From contig NIVC01000856.1 of the NCBI GenBank assembly GCA_002269645.1, positions 1 to 64,000 of the forward strand: 64,000 bases of DNA. The letters are read 5' to 3'. A model generated the notes under the pieces. The model searched no databases. It saw only the letters and a list, made by a program, of their open reading frames with translations, and was not told the DNA's origin. Origin of the DNA: Macrostomum lignano. Taxonomy: Eukaryota. The stretch's first letter is position 1, and every line of letters begins with the position of its first letter. Positions 51,936-63,122 of this stretch are shown piece after piece. Both the position numbers and the translations under genes were made by a program.

Positions 51936-52964
51936 GGTGCATATCGCGTACTCACGGTTCAAAAGTTTATGCTTCTTACTGTTTCACTGATTTAATTCCG
52001 AACCTACCAAGCCAACTATTTACTTTTAATTCCGTGTACTTTTCTTGTGTTTTACTTTTTACCGTTTGGTGTCAATGCTATATATTGCGTGTAATATTTT
52101 CGCAAAATATTACGCGGCAGTAGCTAAATATTGGGTGTCAATATTTAGCTACTGCCGCTGTTTTGCATTACAGCTATATAGTACTTCCGCATGTACTGAC
52201 GTAACATTGCGCCAAAAATTTTACATTGCGTGGCGCCGAAACCAATCTGCTGTTGAATGCTACTAGCGTAATAACCGTTTGAATCTCTTGAAATACATTG
52301 AAATGCCATGCTGTAGTATTGCTTTTGACGATCTAAACGAGACTAGCCAGACTCCTCACTGATCCATATGCTTCTCAAGCAAGGTATATATGGAAAGCAG
52401 ATTGAGCAGCAAACTTAGTATTTGATCTTTGGATCACTCATACGAGCTAGAACCAAGGAATGTAGGTCTAACATTTCAATAAAAGTTCTTGATATAATGA
52501 AATGCAATAAATGCCAACCGGGGTCATTTTTTAACTTCCACTTTCCCCGAGTTTGACCACTTTCTCTGCTACAGGCGTAAGCTAAACCAACGCAAAATAC
52601 TAGCCTGAATAAAAAACAACTCACTTCACAACCTTCACCTTAATCTTTCTTTCTGCCACTGCTGTGTCTTGCAATACTCATAAAAATCACGTGACTTCGC
52701 TTCACAGGTGTTGCTTGAGAAACATATGGCGTCCCATTTGAATTGGCGCAAGTCTCTTACATCGTCAAAAGCAATACGTCTGGTGCCAATTATTTGTGCC
52801 GATCAAGCTTCCTAGAGAATGCTTTGTTGATAACTGCATGTCCCATTATGTTAACCATTATTTTGTCGGTGTACAACGTGCACCCGATCAGACGAATAGG
52901 TGGTAAATTCCCTAAAATCCTGATAGAGGCGGAGCTGATGGGGAAGAGGCGGCAGGCAGCGGAA

Positions 52965-53265
52965 CTGTTGGGGGAGCCGCGGTGGGCAGCGGAGCTGTTG
53001 GGGGAGCCGCGGTGGGCAGCGGAGCTGTTGGGGGAGCCGCGGTGGCCAGCGGAGCTGTTGGGGGAGCCGCGGTGGGCAGCGGAGCTGTTGGGGGAGCCGC
53101 GGTGGGCAGCGGAGCTGTTGGGGGAGCCGCGGTGGGCAGCGGAGCTGTTGGGGGAGCCGCGGTGGGCAGCGGAGCTGTTGGGGGAGCCGCGGTGGGCAGC
53201 GGAGCTGTTGGGGGAGCCGCGGTGGGCAGCGGAGCTGTTGGGGGAGCCGCGGTGGGCAGCGGAGT
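52965..53265. repeat. GC-rich 30 bp minisatellite GCGGAGCTGTTGGGGGAGCCGCGGTGGGCA, 10 copies
   Basis: Near-perfect tandem copies. Confidence 0.95.
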
Positions 53266-56200
53266 TTTGTTCGCCAACGGAAAAATACTGTGTGCCAACG
53301 GGAAAGTTTTGTCCGCCAACGGAGAAATTTTGTCCGACAACAGAGAAATATTTTCCGCGAACGGACAAACTTTGTCCGCCAACAAACAAATTTTGTTCGC
53401 CAACGAAGAAACTTTGTCCGCCAACGGAGAAAATTATCCAGCAACGGAGAAGTTCTGTCCGCCAAGGAAGAAATTTTGTCCGCCAACGGACAAATATTGT
53501 CCGCCAACGAAGAAAATTGTCCGCCAACGAAAAAGTTTTGCCCGCAAACGGAGAAATTTTGTCCGTTAACGGAGAAATTTTGTCCGCCAACGGACAAATA
53601 TTGTCCGCTAACGGAAAAAATTGTCCCCCAACAAAGAAAATATTCCGCCAACGGAGAAGTTTTTTCCGCCAACGGAGAAATTTTGTCCACCATCAGAGAA
53701 GTTTTGTCCGTCAACGGAGAAGTTTTGTCCGTTAACGGACAAATATTGTCCGCCAACGAGGAAAACTGTCCGCCCACAAAGAAAAATGTCTATCAACGGA
53801 AAGGTTTTGTCCGCCAACCGACAAATATTGTCCGCAAACGAAGAAAATTATCCGCCACCAGAGAAATTTTGTCCGCCAATGAACAAATATTGTCCGCCAA
53901 CGGAGAAAATTGTCCCTTAACAAAGAAAATTGTCCACCAACGGAGAAATTTTGTCCGCCAACGGAAAAAAATTGTCCGCCAACGGAAAAAATTGTCCCCT
54001 TACAAAGAAAAATGTCCACCAACGGAAAAGTTTTGTCCGCCAACGGACAAATATTGTCCGCCAACGAAGAAAATTGTCCGCCAACAAAGAAAATTGTCCG
54101 CCCACAGAAAAGTTTTGTCCGTCAACGGAGAAATTTCGTCCGCCAACGGACGAATATTGTCCACCAACGAAGAAAATTGTCCGCCAACGGAAAAAACTGT
54201 CCGCCAACGGAGAAATTTTGTCCGCCAACGGACAAATATTGTCCACCAACGAAGAAAATTGTCCGCCAACGGAGAAAATTGTCCGTCAACAGTGAAATTT
54301 TGTCCGCGAACGGAGAAGTTTTGTCCGCCAACGGAGAAATTTTGTCCGCAAACGGACAAATATTGTCCGACAACGGAGAAAATTGTCCGCCAACAAAGAA
54401 AATTGTCCGCCAACGGAGAAGTTTTGTCCGTCAACGAAGAAATTTTGTCCGCCAACGAACAAATATTGTCCGCCAACAAAGAAAATTGTCCGCCAACGGA
54501 GAAATTTTGTCCGCCAACGAACAAATATTGTCCGCCAACAAAGAAAATTGTCCGCCAACGGAAAAGTTTTGTCCGTCAACGAAGAAATTTTGTCCACCAA
54601 CGGACAAACTTTGTCCGCCAACGAGGAAAATTGTCCGCCCACAAAGAAAAATGTCTACCAACGGAAAAGTTTTGTCCGCCAACCGACAAATATTGTCCGC
54701 AAACGAAGAAAATTGTCCGCCACCAGAGAAATTTTGTCCGATAATGAACAAATATTGTCCGCCAACGGAGAAAATTGTCCGCCAACAAAGTAAAATGTCC
54801 ACCAACAGAAAAGTTTTGTCCGCCAACTGACAAATATTGTCCGCCAACGGAGAAATTTTGTCCGCCAACGGAGAAATTTTGTCCGCCAACGGAGAAATTT
54901 TGTCCACCATCAGAGAAGTTTTGTCCGCCAACGAAGGAAATTGTCCGTCAATGGAGAAGTTTTGTCCGCCAAGGAAGAAATTTTGTCCGCCAACGGACAA
55001 ACTTTGTATGCCAACGGACAAGTTTTGTCCGTCAACGAAGAAATTTTGTCCGCCAACGGAGAAATTTTGTCCGCCAACGGAGAAATTTTGTCCGCCAACG
55101 GAGAAGTTTTGTCCGTCAACGGAGAAGTTTTGTCCGTCAACGGAGAAATTTTGTCCGCCAACGGAGAAGTTTTGTCCGTCAACGGAGAAGGTTAGTCCAC
55201 TATCAGAGAACTTTTGTCCGTCAACGGAAAAGTTTTGTCCGTCAACGAAGAAATTTTGTCCGCCAAGGAAGAAATTTTGTCCGCCAACGGACAAACTTTG
55301 TATGCCAACTGACAAGTTTTGTCCGTCAACAAAGAAATTTTGTCCGCCAACGGACAAATATTGTCCGCCAACGGAGAAAATTGTCCGCCAACAAAGAAAA
55401 ATGTCTACCAACGGAGAAGTTTTGTCTGTAACGGACAAATATTGTCCGCGATCGAAGAAAATTGTCCGCCAACACAGAAAATTGTCCGCCAACGGAGAGG
55501 TTTCGTCCGTCAACGGAGAAATTTTGTCCGACAACAGAGAAATATTTTCCGCGAACGGACAAACTTTGTCCATGGACGGAGAAATTTTTTTCGCCGACGA
55601 ATAAATTTTGTCCGCCAACGGAGAAAATTGTCCGCCAACGGAGAAATTTTGTCCGTCAACGGAGAAGTTTTGTCTGTAAGTGACAAATATTGTCCGCGAT
55701 CGAAGAAAATTGTCCGCCAAAAACGAAAAATGTCTACCAACGGAAAAGTTTTGTTCGCCAACGGAGAAGTTTTGTCCGCGAACGGACAAATATTGTCCGC
55801 CAACGGAGAAAATTGTCCGCCAACAGAGAAAAATGTCTACCAACGGAAAAGTTTTGTCCGCCAACGGACAAATATTGTCCGCAAACGTAGAAAATTGTCC
55901 GCCAACGGAGAAAATTGTCCGCCAACGGAGAAGTTTTGTCCGCCAACGGAGAAATTTTGTCCGCGAACGGACAAATATTGTCCGCCAACGGAGAAAATTG
56001 TCCGCCAACAGAGAAAAATGTCTACCAACGGAAAAGTTTTGTCCGCCAACGGACAAATATTGTCCGCCAGCACAGAAATTTGTCCGCCAACTGACAAGTT
56101 TTGTCCGTCAACAAAGAAATTTTGTCCGCCAACGGAGAAATTTTGTCCGTCAACGGAGAAGTTTTGTCTGTAACAGACAAATATTGTCCACGATCGAAGA

Positions 56201-56940
56201 AAATTGTCCGCCAACAAAGAAAATTGTCCGCCAACGAAGAAGTTTTGTCCGCAAGGAAGAAATTTTGTCCGCCAACGGACAAATATTGTCCGCCAACAAA
56301 GAAATTTGTCCGCCAATGGAGAAGTTTTGTCCGTCAACGAAGAAATTTTGTCCGCCAACGGAGAAATTTTGCCCGACAACAGAGAAATATTTTCCGCGAA
56401 CGGACAAACTTTGTCCATGGACGGACAAATTTTGTTCGCCGACGGAGAAATTTTGTCCACCATCAGAGAAGTTTTGTCCGCCAACGGAGAAAATTGTCCG
56501 CCAATGGAGAAGTTTTGTCCGTCAACGAAGAAATTTTGTCCGCCAACGGACAAATATTGTCCGCCAACAAAGAAATTTGTCCGCCAACGGAGAAGTTTTG
56601 TCAGTCAACGGAGACATTTTGTCCGCCAACGGACAAATATTGTCCTCCAACGGAGAAATTTTGTCCGGCAATGGAGAAGTTTTGTCCGTCAACGGAGCAA
56701 TTTCGTCCGCCAACGGAGAAATTTTGTCCGACAACAGAGAAATATTTTCCGCGAACGGACAAACTTTGTCCACGAACGGAAAAATTTTGTTCGCCGACGA
56801 AGAAATTTTGTCCGCCAACGGAGAAATTTTGTCCACCATCAGAGAAGTTTTGGAGAAGTTTTGTCCGCAAACGGACACGTTTGTCCACCAACGGAGAAAT
56901 TTTTCCGACAACGGAGAAGTTTTGTCTGGCAGCGGATAAT
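53265..56940. repeat. 3.7-kb satellite, 21 bp unit TTTTGTCCGCCAACGGAGAAA with many variants
   Basis: Read directly; source of dozens of overlapping spurious ORFs. Confidence 0.95.
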
Positions 56941-57213
56941 CTTGTCCGTAAACGGACAATGACTAGGCCTACTAAAAGACATTTATTGCAAGTGAATCTT
57001 CATGTGTGGATACAATTTTCTGTAAGTGGAATAATTATTCTTTTGCGCCAAAAATTGTCCACCTGCGGAAAAAACTTTATGTTGGTTGAAAATATTGTCT
57101 GTTAAGGCAGAAAATCTTTCGTTGTGGTCTTTTGCGGATAAAATTAATGAAGAAAATTGTCCGTCTCTTTACAAGTTTTGCAACTTGCGCTGCTCTCTGA
57201 ATCGCTCATAATA

Positions 57214-57430
57214 CACCTTTTCACGTTCAATTTTGATCAAAGTCCAGTTCTAAGAAAACTAGCGGAAATTCAATTCAGACAATTTAGACTGGGGCCCAGT
57301 CTAACCCCCAGCTCAAAACATTCTAACCGAAGTAAGGTTTAGCCAAATACAAAATAATCCTCAGTCTGAATTGAATTTCCGCTAGTTTTTTTAGAACTGG
57401 ACTTTGATCAAAATTGAACGTGAAAAGGTG
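57214..57430. mobile_element. 217 bp MITE with about 66-bp TIRs, flanked by TA (Tc1/mariner-type inferred)
   Basis: CACCTTTTCACGTTCAATTTTGATCAAAGTCCAGTTCTAAGAAAACTAGCGGAAATTCAATTCAGAC and its reverse complement at about 57364-57430; TA at 57212-13 and 57431-32. Confidence 0.82.
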
Positions 57431-57509
57431 TAGCACTGGCTTCGGATGAAATCCGTCTGTCTATGGCAGTCTGAGCTTGCTTGAGCAAAATTGAGCTATT
57501 GCTGCCCAG

Positions 57510-58035
57510 GGGGGTGTTTCTCGAAACTCACGTAAGTTCTATGGTAAGTTAGATCGTAAGAAAGAAATTTACGTGTAGCGTAAGTTTGCTCGTAAGACGC
57601 TTTCTCAAAACTCACTTAGACTTTGCGTGGCTTACACTGTTCGTAAGTCGTATCTGAAACGAAAAGTTGCATGTCTATGGTCATAAATCTGTAAATATCT
57701 TTACTTTGTCTATCGTAAGTTGCTTTCGAGAAAGACCCACCTTCGAAAAAGTTTAACTTGACTTGGCTTGACTAAAGCTTCACGTACTATGCGATTAGTG
57801 CTTAAGTGTGTCTTACGACTGATACCGAGCAGTCGTAGGGTTAAAATCAACCTTACGAAAGACCATAGACATACGAACGTTTCGAGAAACAGTCTTTTGC
57901 GCAAAGTTACGAACTCGTAAAGTTGCGATCAATCTTACGCATAGCTAACTTGCGAGCCCTTCGAGCAACCCGTAAGTGTAGCTTACCCAACTTACGTCTA
58001 TGGTCGATCGTAAGTTGCTTTCGAGAAAGACCCCC
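57510..58035. mobile_element. 526 bp PIF/Harbinger-like MITE
   Basis: TIR GGGGGTGTTTCTCGAAA / TTTCGAGAAAGACCCCC; 3-bp CAG duplication (57507-09, 58036-38), a CWG target; internal CGTAAG/CTTACG subrepeats. Confidence 0.78.
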
Positions 58036-58100
58036 CAGGATTAAACTGACTGTGAAATGCCATAATTATATTGCAGCAACAAAACAAGTAGTCGTATAAA

Positions 58101-58886
58101 ATGGACTACACCAAGTGGACCAGTGAGTTCGATGATCTCTTGTTTCGATTGGTGGCGTTATGCACAAAACCCGTTGTGAATTGGAGTGGAGTCCGAGAGC
58201 GATTTATCAACCAGCTAGGAAGCCACTGGGCAAACGTGACGGCCGACGCTTTTCGCAAGCGTTATGAGAAGTTGCAAAGCCCTGGTGAACCTTTGGCGAA
58301 AAGCAGAAAAAGGAATGCACAGCCTCCGCGTGACCAAGCGTACGAACTCTCGCGCTTGTCTGAGGATGATCCTCACTTCTGGGAAGTTAAAGACAAACTT
58401 TCTTCGTGCCCACTGAAACTCGTGGGCATAAAGAAGGTGAAAAACCCGACTCTTGAGGAGCGATTCGAACTCCATTGGCAAAGTCGTCACGATTCACCAT
58501 GCTTTCCTTTGCTGCTCTTTCATGGAACGCGTGCCGCCAATATCGATTCAATATTCTCAAATGGCTTTCTCGCTGATTCAAAAGGGTCTTTCGGACCAGC
58601 AATTTACTTTACTCCAACAATTCAGAAAGCTCTTGCCTATTGTGATGAAGGCCCTACGAAATTCGTTATTGGCTCTTACGTCAATATTGGCAAAGCCTGG
58701 CCGAAGACTTTAGAAGAAAGGCACCTGAATGCAAAGTATGTGCTGGAAGCTGGCTATGACTCTTTGTTCGGCAAGATGGCGAATCTTAATAATACAGGGT
58801 TTTTGTACCGCGAGTTTGCGGTATATGATCCTGCTCAATCCTTGCCAGTGTATTTGATCGAGTTTCATTGCATCGACATTTATTAA
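58101..58886 (+). CDS. Intronless Myb/SANT-like plus PARP-type ADP-ribosyltransferase domain protein (261 aa)
   Basis: ART motifs LFHGT (H141), GPAIYF (Y169), QKALAY (K176, Y180), VNIGK, GYDS, LYREFAVYDPAQSLPVYLIEF (E238). N-terminus WTSEFDDLLFRLV...NWSGV...FRKRYEKL fits the Myb/SANT pattern. Intact ATG-to-stop ORF. Confidence 0.88.
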   Translation: MDYTKWTSEFDDLLFRLVALCTKPVVNWSGVRERFINQLGSHWANVTADAFRKRYEKLQSPGEPLAKSRKRNAQPPRDQAYELSRLSEDDPHFWEVKDKLSSCPLKLVGIKKVKNPTLEERFELHWQSRHDSPCFPLLLFHGTRAANIDSIFSNGFLADSKGSFGPAIYFTPTIQKALAYCDEGPTKFVIGSYVNIGKAWPKTLEERHLNAKYVLEAGYDSLFGKMANLNNTGFLYREFAVYDPAQSLPVYLIEFHCIDIY

Positions 58887-59379
58887 ATTCATTTACAATT
58901 ATAAAACTGCAACAAAGCATGTTATGTTTATGAGTTGAACATTTTTCTACAAAAAAGCTCGGTTGAAATTATTTTTGGTGAGTAAATCGTCATTTTTTAT
59001 GTGCCTGCTAATGAACTGTGTCTTTTTTGTTTTTTCATTTAAAGCTTTCACATATTAACTATAAACTAACAAAACAGGCTCATATGCAACTGATCGCTTC
59101 TTACGTTTTTACTTTTTTATTTTTCAAAAATGAACAACGCTGTCTATTTTATAAACGACTTGCTTACATACATGTACGAGTGTACGGGTATAGAGTGGAC
59201 AGAGCTTGTGTTGTGTTTAGCTTTTCAATCATGTCATATAACCCAGTGGGGAGTATATATAAGCAAAAATTTATCACTAGAAGCTACCTGGTACATAAAA
59301 CCATAATGCAATACACGGTTTACTCGTATGCACATGCATTCGTTGTTTAGTCGAGAAGCTTAAAAAAACCACACATAAT

Positions 59380-59829
59380 TCAAGCTTTCCGGGACAGGAT
59401 TCGCAGTTTTATTGGCTCTTTGACAGCCGAAATTGTTGTCGCTTTGTAGTCGAGCTGCTCGTACGGTTTCGTGTCCGGTGCGGTGCGAAATTCCACAGCC
59501 AGCAGCAGCTCCGCCATGGCCTTGCGGATCTCCATCTGGGCCAGGCGCATCCCGATGCAGCTGCGCGGCCCCATGCCGAACGGCAGGAAGTGAGCCAGCC
59601 CGGCACCATCGGTCGAGCCGCGCGCAAATCGGTCGGGATTAAAAACTTCGGGATTTTCCCACGCTTCTGGGTCGTGCGCAATGCTCACTATAGGGATTCG
59701 CACGTTTACGCCTTTCTCGACTTCGTAGCCGTTGATAACGGTGGTCTCCGTGCAGACACGGTCAGTAAACAGAGCTGGAGGGCACAGCCGCAGAGTCTCG
59801 TCCAGACACTGGTTCAGAAAGGTCAGTCC
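59380..59829 (-). CDS. Cytochrome P450 (clan 3, CYP3-like) last exon
   Basis: Acceptor tatgcag|GGA, phase 0; ExxR (ETLR), PDRF, heme-binding FGMGPRSCIG; TGA stop. Confidence 0.95.
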   Translation of the reverse strand, partial: GLTFLNQCLDETLRLCPPALFTDRVCTETTVINGYEVEKGVNVRIPIVSIAHDPEAWENPEVFNPDRFARGSTDGAGLAHFLPFGMGPRSCIGMRLAQMEIRKAMAELLLAVEFRTAPDTKPYEQLDYKATTISAVKEPIKLRILSRKA

Positions 59830-59958
59830 CTGCATAGGGTTGTGATTGAGGAAGAGAAAAAATCTTCTGTAATCCCAGAAATCTCTGCGAGTTCTTCTGA
59901 GCATTCCCCTGGACACAAAACACTCTCTTGGATATGCAGAACACTGTGCCTCTGGACA

Positions 59959-62517
59959 TTGAGCAATCTGACCTCCTGGATATTGAGCAATCTGACCTCC
60001 TGGATATTGAGCAACCTGACCTCCTGGATATTGAGCAATCTGACCTCCTGGATATTGAGCAATCTGACCTCCTGGATATTGAGCAATCTGACCTCCTGGA
60101 TATTGAGCAATCTGACCTCCTGGATATTGAGCAATCTGACCTCCTGGATATTGAGCAATCTGACCTCCTGGATATTGAGCAATCTGACCTCCTGGATATT
60201 GAGCAATCTGACCTCCTGGATATTGAGCAACCTGACCTCCTGGATATTGAGCAATCTGACCTCCTGGATATTGAGCAATCTGACCTCCTGGATATTGAGC
60301 AATCTGACCTCCTGGATATTGAGCAATCTGACCTCCTGGATATTGAGCAATCTGACCTCCTGGAAATTGAGCAATCTGACCTCCTGGATATTGAGCAATC
60401 TGACCTCCTGGATATTGAGCAATCTGACCTCCTGGATATTGAGCAATCTGACCTCCTGGATATTGAGCAATCTGACCTCCTGGAAATTGAGCAATCTGAC
60501 CTCCTGGATATTGAGCAATCTGACCTCCTGGATATTGAGCAATCTGACATCCTGGAAATTGAGCAATCTGACCTCCTGGATATTGAGCAATCTGACCTCC
60601 TGGATATTGAGCAATCTGACCTCCTGGATATTGAGCAATCTGACCTCCTGGATATTGAGCAATCTGACCTCCTGGATATTGAGCAATCTGACCTCCTGGA
60701 TATTGAGCAATCTGACCTCCTGGATATTGAGCAATCTGACCTCCTGGATATTGAGCAACCTGACCTCCTGGATATTGAGCAATCTGACCTCCTGGATATT
60801 GAGCAATCTGACCTCCTGGATATTGAGCAATCTGACCTCCTGGATATTGAGCAATCTGACCTCCTGGATATTGAGCAATCTGACCTCCTGGAAATTGAGC
60901 AATCTGACCTCCTGGATATTGAGCAATCTGACCTCCTGGATATTGAGCAATCTGACCTCCTGGATATTGAGCAATCTGACCTCCTGGATATTGAGCAATC
61001 TGACCTCCTGGAAATTGAGCAATCTGACCTCCTGGATATTGAGCAATCTGACCTCCTGGATATTGAGCAATCTGACCTCCTGGATATTGAGCAATCTGAC
61101 CTCCTGGATATTGAGCAATCTGACCTCCTGGAAATTGAGCAATCTGACCTCCTGGATATTGAGCAATCTGACCTCCTGGATATTGAGCAATCTGACCTCC
61201 TGGATATTGAGCAATCTGACCTCCTGGATATTGAGCAATCTGACCTCCTGGATATTGAGCAATCTGACCTCCTGGAAATTGAGCAATCTGACCTCCTGGA
61301 TATTGAGCAATCTGACCTCCTGGATATTGAGCAATCTGACCTCCTGGAAATTGAGCAATCTGACCTCCTGGATATTGAGCAATCTGACCTCCTGGATATT
61401 GAGCAATCTGACCTCCTGGATATTGAGCAATCTGACCTCCTGGATATTGAGCAATCTGACCTCCTGGATATTGAGCAATCTGACCTCCTGGATATTGAGC
61501 AATCTGACCTCCTGGATATTGAGCAATCTGACCTCCTGGATATTGAGCAATCTGACCTCCTGGATATTGAGCAATCTGACATCCTGGAAATTGAGCAATC
61601 TGACCTCCTGGATATTGAGCAATCTGACCTCCTGGAAATTGAGCAATCTGACCTCCTGGATATTGAGCAATCTGACCTCCTGGATATTGAGCAATCTGAC
61701 CTCCTGGATATTGAGCAATCTGACCTCCTGGATATTGAGCAATCTGACCTCCTGGAAATTGAGCAATCTGACCTCCTGGATATTGAGCAATCTGACCTCC
61801 TGGATATTGAGCAATCTGACCTCCTGGATATTGAGCAATCTGACCTCCTGGAAATTGAGCAATCTGACCTCCTGGATATTGAGCAATCTGACCTCCTGGA
61901 TATTGAGCAATCTGACCTCCTGGATATTGAGCAATCTGACCTCCTGGATATTGAGCAATCTGACCTCCTGGATATTGAGCAATCTGACCTCCTGGATATT
62001 GAGCAATCTGACTTCCTGGATATTGAGCAATCTGACCTCCTGGAAATTGAGCAATCTGACCTCCTGGATATTGAGCAATCTGACCTGGATATTGAGCAAT
62101 CTGACCTCCTGGATATTGAGCAATCTGACCTCCTGGATATTGAGCAATCTGACCTCCTGGATATTGAGCAATCTGACCTCCTGGATATTGAGCAATCTGA
62201 CCTCCTGGATATTGAGCAATCTGACCTCCTGGAAATTGAGCAATCTGACCTCCTGGATATTGAGCAATCTGACCTCCTGGATATTGAGCAATCTGACCTC
62301 CTGGATATTGAGCAATCTGACCTCCTGGATATTGAGCAATCTGACCTCCTGGAAATTGAGCAATCTGACCTCCTGGATATTGAGCAATCTGACCTCCTGG
62401 ATATTGAGCAATCTGACCTCCTGGATATTGAGCAATCTGACCTCCTGGATATTGAGCAATCTGACCTCCTGGATATTGAGCAATCTGACCTGAATATTGA
62501 GCAATCTGACCTCCTGG
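59959..62517. repeat. 24 bp minisatellite GATATTGAGCAATCTGACCTCCTG, about 106 copies, CYP intron
   Basis: Highly homogeneous tandem array; variants GAAATT and AACCT, and two short deletions. Confidence 0.97.
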
Positions 62518-62729
62518 GCATGCAGAACTTAAAGCACCTTAGTTACCGCTAAACTACTCTTAACTACCTGCTTATTCTCAGCTGCACTTTTTATACAGTT
62601 TAAAGTATTTGAAACTTCGTACACTTAAGCTTTGATTGTGATTGCATCGAAAATAATTGATTAAAAAAACTAAGTGTCTATAAGACAATTAGGAGGGGTG
62701 GAGTGCGCGACGAAGGAAAGAGAGGCTAT

Positions 62730-62945
62730 ATTGAACAGCCAATCAGAAGGCAGCGAGGGAGAGAGAAAAAAATAGCAAGACTGGCCATCTAGACAGAGAG
62801 GGAGGCGAAAGAAAGAGGCGAAATCGAAGAGCCAATCAGAAGACAGCGAGGGAGAGAGAAAAAATAGCAAGATAGGCCATCTAAACAGAGAGGGACGCGA
62901 AAGAAAGAGGCGAAATCGAAGAGCCAATCAGAAGGCAGCGAGGGA
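62730..62945. repeat. 92 bp tandem repeat, about 2.3 copies, with AGCCAATCAG motif
   Basis: GCCAATC recurs at about 62739, 62831 and 62923. Confidence 0.75.
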
Positions 62946-63122
62946 AAGAGATCGAGAAAAAGTAACACGACTGATCTAGACAGAAATTAAGGAAGAGAAA
63001 ACAGACTAAACAGCTACAAGTGAAGAAGAACTAAAAATGACTACGCTCGTAAGACAGTCGCGACAAGACCTGCTTAGCTATAGACGTGCATAGTAATGTC
63101 ATATACATCGGATTTAACTAAC

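Noticed and set aside
52743-57105. Dozens of overlapping ORFs (CPPTEKF, RQRRNFV repeats)
   Set aside because: Artefacts of the 30-bp and 21-bp satellites.
59590-62552. 874-967 aa ORFs, including an LRR-like LSNLTSWI repeat
   Set aside because: These are translations of the 24-bp array, which lies inside a P450 intron with canonical GT-AG ends.
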